A stretch of 64,000 nucleotides of DNA from IMG/VR virus record IMGVR_UViG_3300028800_000094, positions 1,204 through 65,203 of that record; one strand, written 5' to 3'. Made by a program: the position numbers and the translations under genes. Positions within the stretch are counted from its first letter, which is position 1. Each line of letters starts with the position of its first letter. Source of the stretch: a virus (Duplodnaviria > Caudoviricetes). Below the pieces are notes generated by a model that was given only the letters and a program-made list of their open reading frames with translations, did no database searches and was not told where the DNA came from. This document shows, piece by piece, positions 46,205 to 55,766 of the stretch.

Positions 46205-47682
46205 TCCTCCGTTTTTTCTTTGGCCTCACCTTCGGCGGGCTCTTCGCCCGGTTCCTCGCCACCAGCGCCCCCCTGCATCTCGGAAGGGTCTGGCGGATCC
46301 TGATCGGCCGAGTCGATATCCTCATCCGTAATGTTTGTCCAAAGACCGGTCTCCTTCGAAGTCGACCGCAGCTCTTTAAGCGCGATCGCAGCCGAAATGA
46401 TTCCCTCTTGATAGACCGACGTAACCGAGCGCGTGGTCGCTTCCGCGATCTCCGACTTCTCCTTGGCCGACGCCTGCCATAGCGGCCGGAAGTCGTATGA
46501 GAAACCAGGGGGGAGGGTGATTCCCTCCGAGCGCGCGGCGACCTGGATCGTGGTGTTCATCGGGAGCCGGAATTCAAGCTCCTGGCAATTCGAAACATTG
46601 TCATAGTAGTTCCGCATGTCGGATTCGCCGGTGGCATTTAGCCCCGCCGGGCTCTGCCCGAACAGACGAGTCAATGGGATTCCTGTGGCGCCCGATAGCT
46701 GCTGCGCGAATTGGATCAGCACGTCGGAGAGGCCGGCGAACGAGTATGCGACGGTCTCAAATTCGTCCTTCATATCGATGAGGTTGACGCCCTCATTCGA
46801 CTGGAACATACGCATCGTGTTGACTTGCTTGATCAGGCCGGCATAGGCGTCGCCACCCGCCGCGATAATGTCCCGCAAGCCGTCGATCTTGTACGTCCGC
46901 AAATACGCCTTATAGACGAGCTGCGCGGCGCCCTGCGTCGACGAGTCGAACGCAACGAGCCGATCGTAGAGGGGCTCGAATACCGAGCAGCCCCAGAGGT
47001 TCAGATTGAGCGCCTGCCAGTAAGGCTGCTTGACGCCCAGCAGCCGGAAGCACCGGCTGTGGTGGATGCGCTGCTGCCGAATCCCCGGCGCCTGCGCGAC
47101 CACGTCGTAGAATTTCGGGTTGCCCAGCTCCGGACCAAGCTCGGTCACCAGATCGTTTAGGCTCGGGTTGACCATCCAGCGGTCGAACACCGCCAAGCCC
47201 TTAAACGCTCCGCGCCCCACGGTATCCACGTTGAGCGGCGTCGCCATATCCTGGCCGTCGACGAGGATCACGGCGATCGCCCCACCGTACAGGCGCGACA
47301 TCTTTTTGGCTTCGTTGAGCTTCGGCCAGACGCCGGTCATTTGTATGGCGGTCTGGATCTTCTCGATGGCGTCGGGCTTCAGGGTGGAGTGTAGCTCGAT
47401 GCCTTCGCGCGTCATATCCTCGGCGGCGCAGTCGACTGACTTCTGGGCGATCCACGATCCCCGGTACATCCATTCGAGCAGCGAGCGCTCGTTTGTGATC
47501 GGGTTGAAGCCGTAGGTCGAACCGGACGATTGATTGTTCGTTCCGATGCCGACGTTCGATATGAAGTTCTGAAACGAGTCCTTCGTGACGGGGCTCGCCT
47601 TCGCCCGCGCGTCCAGCACCTTCTTTTCCTGCGCCTTCGACGCACGCGCTATGCCGGCGACCGATACCTTCTTGCGGGCCAT
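46201..47682 (-). CDS. portal protein (DUF1073-like)
   Basis: YR.SWI....VD..AEDMTR, RLYGG and GIPLTRLFGQSP.GLNATGESD..NYYD motifs. Confidence 0.93.
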   Translation of the reverse strand: MARKKVSVAGIARASKAQEKKVLDARAKASPVTKDSFQNFISNVGIGTNNQSSGSTYGFNPITNERSLLEWMYRGSWIAQKSVDCAAEDMTREGIELHSTLKPDAIEKIQTAIQMTGVWPKLNEAKKMSRLYGGAIAVILVDGQDMATPLNVDTVGRGAFKGLAVFDRWMVNPSLNDLVTELGPELGNPKFYDVVAQAPGIRQQRIHHSRCFRLLGVKQPYWQALNLNLWGCSVFEPLYDRLVAFDSSTQGAAQLVYKAYLRTYKIDGLRDIIAAGGDAYAGLIKQVNTMRMFQSNEGVNLIDMKDEFETVAYSFAGLSDVLIQFAQQLSGATGIPLTRLFGQSPAGLNATGESDMRNYYDNVSNCQELEFRLPMNTTIQVAARSEGITLPPGFSYDFRPLWQASAKEKSEIAEATTRSVTSVYQEGIISAAIALKELRSTSKETGLWTNITDEDIDSADQDPPDPSEMQGGAGGEEPGEEPAEGEAKEKTEE

Positions 47683-47900
47683 TAGCAGTGGCCTGCGACG
47701 GGGGCCTGCCCGAGGATGTCGAGCGCCTTCATGATGCGGTTGTAAATCTCGATAGGCGGCAGCACATATTGCGTATCCTGATTAAAGTGGAGCAGCTCCT
47801 CGGTCGTATAAAACATGAGCCCAGGCTCTGCTGAGAAGGAGACGCAAATTAGCCTATCGGTGGGGCCTCGCGTAGCGAAGACGTTGTTTGGGCCGATCAT
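47682..47900 (-). CDS. hypothetical protein
   Basis: Coupled ORF between terL and portal. Confidence 0.5.
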   Translation of the reverse strand: MIGPNNVFATRGPTDRLICVSFSAEPGLMFYTTEELLHFNQDTQYVLPPIEIYNRIMKALDILGQAPVAGHC

Positions 47901-48289
47901 ACATCCCGTCGTGCGCTCGCATCAATGTGCTTGGCGTACCAGGGCCACACGTAATTGACGCCGAACGCAACCTCCTGCGCCGTAACCTTTGGGTGCTTGA
48001 CCGTGATGTTGACGATCGTCTGCTGCACGCCGGCAAGGTCGAGATCGCGGCGCACCAGTTCGATGCGCCCCTGCTTTACGAGAGGCAGGGGGAGCAATTC
48101 GGGAAACTCGGAGAGGCCGTTGTTGAGCGCCTTCGTCCGGTGGTTCTGAACGATGTAGGTCACCTCACCGAGGAGGTGCAGCGTGATCCGCTTTCCATAG
48201 GCGTGCTTTAGGACCAGCCGAGCCAGCACTTCGGCCGCCGCGTGCATTCGACGCTCGGTTTCGGTTCCCTGCATCTGACTCGTATCCAT
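47897..48289 (-). CDS. hypothetical protein
   Basis: Coupled to the terL stop. Confidence 0.55.
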   Translation of the reverse strand: MDTSQMQGTETERRMHAAAEVLARLVLKHAYGKRITLHLLGEVTYIVQNHRTKALNNGLSEFPELLPLPLVKQGRIELVRRDLDLAGVQQTIVNITVKHPKVTAQEVAFGVNYVWPWYAKHIDASARRDV

Positions 48290-49539
48290 TACGGCGCCCT
48301 TCCAAGCTTGGCCCAGACTTCAAGATTCGTGCGGTGCTTACGATGCAATGCAGCCAAAGCTAGGCTGCACACCGTATCGTCGTGCATGCCCTCGGGAGCC
48401 GAGTAGCGCACGCCGCGTTTCGTGTATTCGTATTCGAACTGCTCCAGCTCAAGGCGTACCACATCGTTTGCGTAGAATACCTTGCGGCTTTGGATGTCGA
48501 CCGCGAGGTTCTCCATCAGCTTCTGCTTCGATTGCTGCGAGAAGTGATAACCCTCGATGTTCGTGCCGACCTTCTTTTGCAGCATCTCAACGATCGGATC
48601 GCCCACGCCGGTGGAGTCGATTAGCGTCGGGATATAGCCTACGATCGAGTGGATCTCTTTGATCGTATCTTCCCAGGGCTTCTGGAAGCGACGGAACAGG
48701 CAGGTGCGGCCGTCCTCGTCGAGCCCGGTAATTACGGTCCAGTCAACGCTCTTAGCCAGATCGATACCGATGCTGATAGGCTTCTTCGTCGACAGCGGCG
48801 CCAAGCACGACTTGATGTATTGCAGGCCGAATGGGTTTCCACCATCGTCGCTGGGCTCGGCAAGGTATAGCTCCTTGAAAACCTGCTCAGGCAGTATCCG
48901 CTTGGCGTCTGCGATTTCCGAGGCCGACAAGATGCCTGCGGCAACGGCGTCGGCGGCAATGATCTTGTAGTAAGCCATCCCGGCTTCGCCGGCTTCGGCG
49001 CGACGCGCCAGCTTATAGAACCACCCGACTCTTCCCTTGACGTTCCCGATGATACGCATCGGGCCTTTCGTCGCGGTTAGCGTCGATCGTACCGCGTGGA
49101 AGCCTTCTTCCTTGGCGCGGCTGGCCTCGTCGACGACTGCTGAGTAAACGTCCTCGCCGTATAGCGAGTCGGGATTCTCGGATCCCTTAAACCAAATGAT
49201 GCTATCATTCGGCATCGTCAGCGTGAGCTTCGACGCGTTCGAAGATAGCAGCATCCCCTTAAAATTCTTTTTGATGCGCGTAAAGGCAATCGCAGCCTGC
49301 GGGTAGATAGGAGCTACCCACCAATGATTCACGCCAGGCGGCCCGGTGATTGCGTTCTCAACGATCCAGACGCTGCAGCCGTCCGTCTTTCCGGTCTTGG
49401 TCGATGCCTCGATCATTGAGTAACGCGCCGGCCCACCGAAAGCATCCTTCGGTTCGAAGATCGCGACGCGCTGCTTTTCGTAAAGCCACGGCCTCTTAAA
49501 CGTGATGCGGCGAGTAACCCGCTCGGTAACGACCGGCAT
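48289..49539 (-). CDS. terL: terminase large subunit
   Basis: Walker A-like TKTGKT, VVDEA, IGIDLAK..D, DSTGVGD and HDDTV.SLALA nuclease motifs. Confidence 0.93.
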   Translation of the reverse strand: MPVVTERVTRRITFKRPWLYEKQRVAIFEPKDAFGGPARYSMIEASTKTGKTDGCSVWIVENAITGPPGVNHWWVAPIYPQAAIAFTRIKKNFKGMLLSSNASKLTLTMPNDSIIWFKGSENPDSLYGEDVYSAVVDEASRAKEEGFHAVRSTLTATKGPMRIIGNVKGRVGWFYKLARRAEAGEAGMAYYKIIAADAVAAGILSASEIADAKRILPEQVFKELYLAEPSDDGGNPFGLQYIKSCLAPLSTKKPISIGIDLAKSVDWTVITGLDEDGRTCLFRRFQKPWEDTIKEIHSIVGYIPTLIDSTGVGDPIVEMLQKKVGTNIEGYHFSQQSKQKLMENLAVDIQSRKVFYANDVVRLELEQFEYEYTKRGVRYSAPEGMHDDTVCSLALAALHRKHRTNLEVWAKLGRAP

Positions 49540-49604
49540 GCGTCATACAACTTCGCCCGGAGCAGGGTCGAAGAATTCCTCATCAAGCGAAAGCAACACA
49601 ACGG

Positions 49605-50093
49605 TCATTGGACTGCAGCCTCCTCGGCCGTCTCGTTCTCGATCACCGTACTACCACGCAACTGCGCCTGCCTAATATGCTCAGGCGGCTCGGAGCCGAT
49701 CTCCACGGTGACGATAATCTCCTCGTCGACCGGCGGCTTGTCCACGGTGATCGAAGCTAGGCGCGGGTGGCAATACGGAGCGGCGTCGACCGCGCAGCTC
49801 TGCGATTGCTCGCGGGCATAAAACATCTTGCTCATCAGCTTATTAAGCAGGGCGACTTCGCCGCTCAGGTCTTCGAGCTTATTAAGATCCATATCCAGAA
49901 GCCGAGCCATCATCTTCTCGGTGTCGCGCGTGAGCTTTTCGCTCTGGCGCTTCCAATAGATCATATTATTGACCATCGTATCGAGCGGCGTGTCGCCGTC
50001 CCGATTGATGCGATTGGCTACCTCACGTGTTAGGCGCGTCGCCTTTCCGGCGGCGTGCGTTCGCTTGCGCGTTCCCGCAACTCCGCGTGCCAT
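49605..50093 (-). CDS. terS: terminase small subunit (putative)
   Basis: TPL..M...A.DAAPYCHPRL motif; directly upstream of terL. Confidence 0.75.
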   Translation of the reverse strand: MARGVAGTRKRTHAAGKATRLTREVANRINRDGDTPLDTMVNNMIYWKRQSEKLTRDTEKMMARLLDMDLNKLEDLSGEVALLNKLMSKMFYAREQSQSCAVDAAPYCHPRLASITVDKPPVDEEIIVTVEIGSEPPEHIRQAQLRGSTVIENETAEEAAVQ

Positions 50094-50104
50094 AGTTTTC
50101 GCAT

Positions 50105-50605
50105 CTAAGCCATTGAAACGGCGGAAATGGGCAGATCAACGACGGTCGGGCGCCCAAACATGCGCAAAAGAACGCGCACTCGATCGTTTCCTGATGCCTC
50201 ACATCGTCCCAGCCAGCCGGCCAAAGGCCCGGCTTCGATGGACAATTTTGTCCCGATTTTGATTAAATGTTGTCCCTCGACTTCGCTAAGCGGGCCACCC
50301 GCTCCGCGTGAGACCAGCTCGTCGGCTACCGCGTAAGGCAGGGGGAAGGGGTCGCCATCGGAGTCGCAAAGGATGCGCTTTACCCCCAGCGTCCCGTTGA
50401 TCGAGCCCCAGGAATCGCGGGCCGTATCGATCTGAATAAACAGGTAGCGCGCGAACAGCGGCTGCTCGAAGTCCACCGGCCGGCCGCGCACGATGCGGCG
50501 ACGCAGTACCGTCAGAAACAGCACATCGAAAGCCTGACGCCGAAGATGCTCGACGGCCAAGCGCTCGCAGGACGGCTTCGTTTCGACGACATACCATCGC
50601 GCCAC
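50105..50605 (-). CDS. NusG/RfaH-family transcription antiterminator
   Basis: WYVV.TKP..E..A..HL..Q, PLF.RYLF, I.GT.GV, KOW GP..G..G and RV.VLL.MFGR motifs. Confidence 0.9.
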   Translation of the reverse strand: MARWYVVETKPSCERLAVEHLRRQAFDVLFLTVLRRRIVRGRPVDFEQPLFARYLFIQIDTARDSWGSINGTLGVKRILCDSDGDPFPLPYAVADELVSRGAGGPLSEVEGQHLIKIGTKLSIEAGPLAGWLGRCEASGNDRVRVLLRMFGRPTVVDLPISAVSMA

Positions 50606-50910
50606 GACGTTCTCCGGGTTTAGGGTTTTGGAGTGCTACCGCACTCGGGGAGAATCCCGAGTTCCGACGACGAAAAGCCCCGCGACCCCTTCAGGTGCGG
50701 TTGAGATAGCCTTTCGACTGCTCGGAGATGAGCGTCTGGGTCGATGCGATAATGAGATAAGCACTAAGATGCAACGATTGTCCCCAAATGCTCGTGCGGC
50801 GGCTCTAATATGCTCTGCCGACCCTTATATCAGATATCCGCCCCGCTAGTCCAGGGGGTTGAGCAAAGTATTTATTCCATCACCCCCAGAATCTGGCCCG
50901 TCTCTTGCAC

Positions 50911-51049
50911 TCGCGCATGCACACGCACCTATGCGCGCGACCCACACAATTCTTTTCGATTGTTTTGTTTTCTTTGTGTATGTTGCTACAACGAAAGCAA
51001 AACAATCGAAAAGAATTATCCTCATGCGTACAGGCGCACCCGCGCGCGA
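50911..51049. repeat. long imperfect inverted repeat at the early/late divergence point
   Basis: Core arms 50948-50972 and 50993-51017 match at 24 of 25 positions; weaker GC-rich outer arms. Confidence 0.85.
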
Positions 51050-51081
51050 TTCTATATAGGAAACCTAAACAGGAGTTAATA

Positions 51082-51540
51082 ATGGGACGCCACCCGGATC
51101 TTACCCCCCCTGACCTAGACTTCGTCGACTACACCCTCACGATTCAGGGCTCCATTTACGTGGAGGGCTTTAACGATGAAAAGAAGCGCGATATCGACAC
51201 CGCGCGCCAACTTCTCATGCCCTACGGTATCGTGTTCGCCCGAACCAAGCCTAATGGCACTCAGAAAAATTATACCCATATCCGCATTCCGAGCTGGTGG
51301 ATGCTTAGTTACGTTAAAGCCACCCCTGGAATGACCGTCGAGGAATTCGCCAAGCGAATCTATTGGCATCAAGAGCCTGACGCGAAGCCCTGGGAAGGTG
51401 TGTTCAAACTAAAAACCATCGCCAAGGCGCGGACGGCCGTAAACCGGCTCCGAACGGCTGGGGATGTAAAGATCATTTATAACGAACAGGGGGAAGCTCG
51501 CATTTACCCTGGCACCTGGACCGACGCCGATTTTGTATAG
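51082..51540 (+). CDS. hypothetical protein (possible winged-helix C-terminus)
   Basis: AGGAG RBS before ATG 51082. Confidence 0.65.
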   Translation: MGRHPDLTPPDLDFVDYTLTIQGSIYVEGFNDEKKRDIDTARQLLMPYGIVFARTKPNGTQKNYTHIRIPSWWMLSYVKATPGMTVEEFAKRIYWHQEPDAKPWEGVFKLKTIAKARTAVNRLRTAGDVKIIYNEQGEARIYPGTWTDADFV

Positions 51541-51610
51541 TCCAGTGATCTAAATAGGTCGAGCCCGGCGCCCTCGACCTATAATTCGCACAATGATGTA
51601 ACGTGTAGGG

Positions 51611-51639
51611 TTTACTCCCGAGTCTGCTTTCATTACAGT
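51611..51639 (+). promoter_or_regulatory. sigma70-like promoter TTTACT-N17-TACAGT
   Basis: Same -35 hexamer; heads the replication operon. Confidence 0.65.
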
Positions 51640-51670
51640 CCCTCCCCTAGAGCGGGGAGAGCAGCCGGCC

Positions 51671-53233
51671 TTGACGTACATTCCCAAGACAATTCCGTGG
51701 AAACATCAGGCCGACGCTTTTGAGCGCTCGCGCGATCAGCGCCTAGCCGCCTTGTTTTTCGAAATGCGCACCGGCAAGACCAAGGTCGTCATCGACACGG
51801 CCGGCTATCAATACACCCGATTCATAGAGGCCGGGGGCTGGGGGGCTCGCCCGCGACCACTAGTAGGCTTAGACGCCTTACTAGTGGTCGCGATGCCCTC
51901 TGGCGTACCCGCGAACTGGGCCGAGGAAATCGAAACCCACCTCCCCGACAATATCCCGCGCCAGACCCTCGTATGGAAGGCCACGCAGGCTAACACAAAA
52001 CGCTTTCTAGCCCGATTCACCGACCTATGCGCGTTCCAGGGCCTCGCCTGCCTTCTCGCCAACGGTGAGGCAACGACGACCCCTGCCTTTAAGGCTCTAG
52101 CGTATAAATTCCTGAGGCGTCGTCGCGCCCTCGTAGTCGCGGACGAGACGACGCTCCTTATGGCGAAGCCTGGGAACAAACGGGCAATCACCTTACTAGC
52201 GGTCTCTCGCCAACAGGGGGCCGTCATGCGTCGCATTTTAGACGGCACCCCTGTCGGCGACGGTGGCCCCTTCGATTACTACACCCAGTTCAAGTTCCTC
52301 TCCCCAAAGATTCTAGGTTTCGATCGCTTCGAAACCTTTAAGACCTACCACGGCGAATTCGAGCCGGGCTTTAACCACAATACCAATACTGAATACAAAA
52401 CACTCATCGGATACCGCAACGTGCCCGAGCTGCAGGAGAAGATCGCGCCGTATGTCTACCGGGTTCGGCGGCAGGATTGCTTCGACCTTCCTCCGAAGAT
52501 TTACCAAAAGATCCGATTCCCTTTATCCGATGCGCAACGCGAGGTCTATGACGATCTCAAGACCAAATACCAAGCTGAAATCGACGGAGTCGGAAAGGTT
52601 AGCGCCCCCATGGTGCTAACCCGACTCCTTCGACTCCAGCAAATCGCATCCAACTTCTGGCCCGAGACCAAGCACCTCACCCCCTGCTCCATATGCCAGG
52701 GGGGTGGCTGCGAGGATTGCGACGGCCTCGGCGACTACGTAGAAACGCGCGCTGCCAAGCCGATCGCCCAAAAGGATCCACGCTACGAAACCCTGCGCGA
52801 CACCCTGAAGAAGGGCGAGCCTACTCTCGTCTGGGCGCGGTTCACTCGGGACGTCGACGTCATCTTAACACTAGGAGCCGAGCTTGGCCTTTCTCCCGTT
52901 AGATACGATGGTAAAGCTTCTGCTGACGACAAGATTGCTGCAAAACACGCCTTCACGAAAGGCGAAGCAGGACTCCTGGTGGGCAATGAAAGATCGGGTG
53001 GCCGGGGCCTCAAGCTCCCCGCTAAGACTATTATCTATTACACCAATCAGTTTTCGCTCCTCACCCGATTACAGTCTGAAGACCGGGCCGAGTTTGAGGG
53101 AATGGCTGGATCAACGGGAGTGCTTGATTTCATCGCTGAGGACACCATCGACGAACAAATCGTCGAATCCCACCGCCGAAAGATGAAAGTCGTCGACTAC
53201 ATCATGAACGAAAGCTCGGGGCGCTTCCTATGA
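51671..53233 (+). CDS. SNF2-like SF2 helicase with CxxCxGxGCxxCxG insert
   Basis: EMRTGKTK, VADE, L.GTP, LLRLQQI and QSEDRA motifs. Confidence 0.9.
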   Translation: MTYIPKTIPWKHQADAFERSRDQRLAALFFEMRTGKTKVVIDTAGYQYTRFIEAGGWGARPRPLVGLDALLVVAMPSGVPANWAEEIETHLPDNIPRQTLVWKATQANTKRFLARFTDLCAFQGLACLLANGEATTTPAFKALAYKFLRRRRALVVADETTLLMAKPGNKRAITLLAVSRQQGAVMRRILDGTPVGDGGPFDYYTQFKFLSPKILGFDRFETFKTYHGEFEPGFNHNTNTEYKTLIGYRNVPELQEKIAPYVYRVRRQDCFDLPPKIYQKIRFPLSDAQREVYDDLKTKYQAEIDGVGKVSAPMVLTRLLRLQQIASNFWPETKHLTPCSICQGGGCEDCDGLGDYVETRAAKPIAQKDPRYETLRDTLKKGEPTLVWARFTRDVDVILTLGAELGLSPVRYDGKASADDKIAAKHAFTKGEAGLLVGNERSGGRGLKLPAKTIIYYTNQFSLLTRLQSEDRAEFEGMAGSTGVLDFIAEDTIDEQIVESHRRKMKVVDYIMNESSGRFL

Positions 53234-53583
53234 AGCAATACAAACCATCGATACATTACAATCCAGATAGATGGCGTACTTACGCCCACCACGGCGACGA
53301 GACGAGCTTTAACGATCTCGCATACAGGCGCGCGTGCAACCGGCGCAACTATCTGGTGTTGACGGGTAGGATGGGTGGCCTGACTCTTCGCTACCTAGCT
53401 GGGTGGCTTGGCATCACCGTTGCATACGCCCGGCTAATGGAATTTCGCGCCGTTCGACGCGATCGGTGGTTGAGGGAGCGCTGGCCGTGGCGCCGCCCGG
53501 AACGCGAAATCCAGATGTGCCAGGAATTGACTCCGCACCTCCGCGATCAATGGATCGAGACCGACTGGACCGAAGCATGCTAG
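53230..53583 (+). CDS. hypothetical protein (HTH-like)
   Basis: Coupled; TLRYLA..LGIT...AR.ME.RA resembles a sigma region 4 helix pair. Confidence 0.55.
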   Translation: MKQYKPSIHYNPDRWRTYAHHGDETSFNDLAYRRACNRRNYLVLTGRMGGLTLRYLAGWLGITVAYARLMEFRAVRRDRWLRERWPWRRPEREIQMCQELTPHLRDQWIETDWTEAC

Positions 53584-53762
53584 GCCACCGCGTCGAGATT
53601 CAGCTCGCGAACCCCATCGAGACGGTACACGGTATGTTACAAAAGCAAACGCCCGAAGGCGTAACCGTATATGTAGCCCCTACCGTCGCCAGCGCACGCA
53701 ACGTCTTTTATCCTTTTCACCGCATCCTATCCATAGCCGACAAGGGCGACGTATACCGATGA
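53577..53762 (+). CDS. small hypothetical protein
   Basis: Overlapping small ORF, Sm-like size. Confidence 0.5.
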   Translation: MLGHRVEIQLANPIETVHGMLQKQTPEGVTVYVAPTVASARNVFYPFHRILSIADKGDVYR

Positions 53763-54022
53763 ACCCCGACGCCACCATCATTAAAGACTTCCCACGTGGC
53801 GCGGTGCTTGTTTGGCACCACAACGATTTGCGGCTACCTGGGCAATTGATGCGCGACCTTGACCGCCGCGATATCGAGCTGGTGGGACCGCGCGACCTGG
53901 ATCATATCGCCCGGCTCGCCGGCATCCATTGGCCGTCGATTAGGTTGCACCCCGATACGAAACTAGATAAGCGGCAGCTTGAAACGCTCATCCATCTTCG
54001 TGCGAATTGGACTAAACCATGA
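53759..54022 (+). CDS. hypothetical protein
   Basis: ATGA-coupled. Confidence 0.55.
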   Translation: MNPDATIIKDFPRGAVLVWHHNDLRLPGQLMRDLDRRDIELVGPRDLDHIARLAGIHWPSIRLHPDTKLDKRQLETLIHLRANWTKP

Positions 54023-54264
54023 AGCCGAAGCTCGCCGACTACGACCTTCGCCAAATGCCCGCGTCCTTCTCGGGCCTGCGCGTCGAGACCGGCCCCGTCC
54101 AATTCGGGGAGGACCACCCCGGAGTCTTCCTCCGGGGCGACGCCGCCTTCGCGTATGCCCAGGCACTCTCGCAGATCCTTACCACCCATCAGAACCCCGA
54201 CGCCATTGCCGGCCCCGTTTGTATCGGCCTCGTTAAGCTCCTTCAGAGCGCGAGGGTCGGCTAG
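54019..54264 (+). CDS. hypothetical phage protein
   Basis: RVETGPVQFG.D.PGVF.RGD.A pattern. Confidence 0.65.
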   Translation: MKPKLADYDLRQMPASFSGLRVETGPVQFGEDHPGVFLRGDAAFAYAQALSQILTTHQNPDAIAGPVCIGLVKLLQSARVG

Positions 54265-54328
54265 TGCGCTCCTGGCTCGCCTTCGTATGGTCGACCGTCC
54301 TTTTCTTAGTAACCGGGAAGGAGCCGGA

Positions 54329-54562
54329 ATGACGATCGAACTGAGCCCGTCCCTAACCAAAACGAAGTGCGGGACCACTGTTATAAAGGCACCGACCTAT
54401 GCCGAAATTCTACAGCATTTCAGGGAGTTCGGGGCATCGATATACTCGAAAAAGGAAAATGCTGAGAACGAGCAGATCTACGTGATATTTGCGCAAGCTA
54501 TATTCGACGCGAATAAAACGCTCTCTTCGCACTCCCGGTCACGACGGCTGAATCTCAGGTGA
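54329..54562 (+). CDS. hypothetical protein
   Basis: AAGGAG RBS. Confidence 0.5.
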   Translation: MTIELSPSLTKTKCGTTVIKAPTYAEILQHFREFGASIYSKKENAENEQIYVIFAQAIFDANKTLSSHSRSRRLNLR

Positions 54563-54745
54563 CCTAGCGATGGCGATCGTCTATCACGTCCAAAAGCTCG
54601 ACGGCTATACGGACGGTCGTCCGTCCTGGCGAAAATATGGCGCCGCGTGGACGAGGGACGCCGCAGCTATAAAAATGGATTCCTTTAGGAAGCAGCATCC
54701 GCACCTGACATTTCGTATTCGCAAAATAAGGCGCCGGGGGAGATC

Positions 54746-55033
54746 ATGATCGGGGTTCGCATTCGACATTGGAAGCGCGTCGACGACATAAACCACCACG
54801 AAGTGCTCGACACTCCGGCCGATCCGATTATCAACGCCGAGGCCGCGAAGCGCCACGAAGTCGAGTATCATACCGTCGATTATCCCGGCAAGAAGCGTGG
54901 CTCCATCGAGCTTAAATTCCCGTCGCTTTTTATGGCGGAAATAGTTGCCCGCGCCCTGATACTTGCTTACAGTCAGGGCCGGCGAGACAAGGTTTCTGAA
55001 TTCCGTCGAGCACTAGAATTCGATCCATCATAG
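54746..55033 (+). CDS. hypothetical protein
   Basis: GGGGAG RBS. Confidence 0.55.
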   Translation: MIGVRIRHWKRVDDINHHEVLDTPADPIINAEAAKRHEVEYHTVDYPGKKRGSIELKFPSLFMAEIVARALILAYSQGRRDKVSEFRRALEFDPS

Positions 55034-55044
55034 GTGGGGGCACC

Positions 55045-55389
55045 ATGAGACGCGTTATAATCGAGTCTCCTTTTGCGGGTAAAACGCAAAAGGAAATCGA
55101 CCGAAATACAGATTATGCTCGCGCGTGCATGCTGCACTCGCTAGGGCTGGGTGAGGCGCCTTTTTTATCGCACCTTTTATACACAAGAGTTCTCGACGAC
55201 AACGTTGAGAAGGAAAGAAAACTCGGAATCCTCGCAGGATTTGCATGGGCGCAAGTTGCCCACGCTACAGTAGTTTACGTCAATCTCGGTATTACCATCG
55301 GAATGATGCGTGGTGCCGAAGCCGCTTCAATGGCAGGCCGCACCGTCGAATTTCGTTACCTCGCGCTCGACTGGGAGAAAACAGTATGA
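55045..55389 (+). CDS. nucleoside 2-deoxyribosyltransferase-like fold protein
   Basis: VIIESPFAG...N..YAR.....GEAP..SHLLY...GI..GM..G pattern. Confidence 0.7.
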   Translation: MRRVIIESPFAGKTQKEIDRNTDYARACMLHSLGLGEAPFLSHLLYTRVLDDNVEKERKLGILAGFAWAQVAHATVVYVNLGITIGMMRGAEAASMAGRTVEFRYLALDWEKTV

Positions 55390-55766
55390 GCGCACATCGT
55401 GTTTTCGTCGTAAACGAGCCGATGCGGTACAATCCGAACGACGGCCACCGCTCCATCGATTTAAGCCCCGCCTATGAATTCGGCGATCTCGTATTCCTAT
55501 CGCCGCCCGGCAATCCCCCCCTGGATCCTGATTACATCACCCAGCGGATGCGGGAGTTGCTCGTCGACTTCACTTCAAACGATTTCCTTTTGCCTATAGG
55601 CCACCCCGTACTTATCGGGTGGGCTACAGCCCTGGCCGCGCAGCGGGCAGGGGGGCGTATCAAGATGCTGCACTGGCTTCGGCAGTATCTGCGATATACC
55701 GTTATCGAGGCCATCTTATGGATACCAGAGCAGGAGAGCAGAGATGAACCAGTTACGCAATGCTAA
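55386..55766 (+). CDS. conserved hypothetical phage protein
   Basis: VFVV.E...DLSPA.EFG.L...DFLL.IG.P pattern. Confidence 0.7.
   Translation: MSAHRVFVVNEPMRYNPNDGHRSIDLSPAYEFGDLVFLSPPGNPPLDPDYITQRMRELLVDFTSNDFLLPIGHPVLIGWATALAAQRAGGRIKMLHWLRQYLRYTVIEAILWIPEQESRDEPVTQC

Noticed and set aside
46201-47682. Possible anti-CBASS Acb1 label for the DUF1073 family protein
   Set aside because: Size, motifs and position between terL and gpF indicate portal; no HxT/HxS phosphoesterase motifs seen.
50948-51017. Palindrome as a protelomerase (telRL) site
   Set aside because: It has a 20-nt non-palindromic centre, and no protelomerase gene is in the window.
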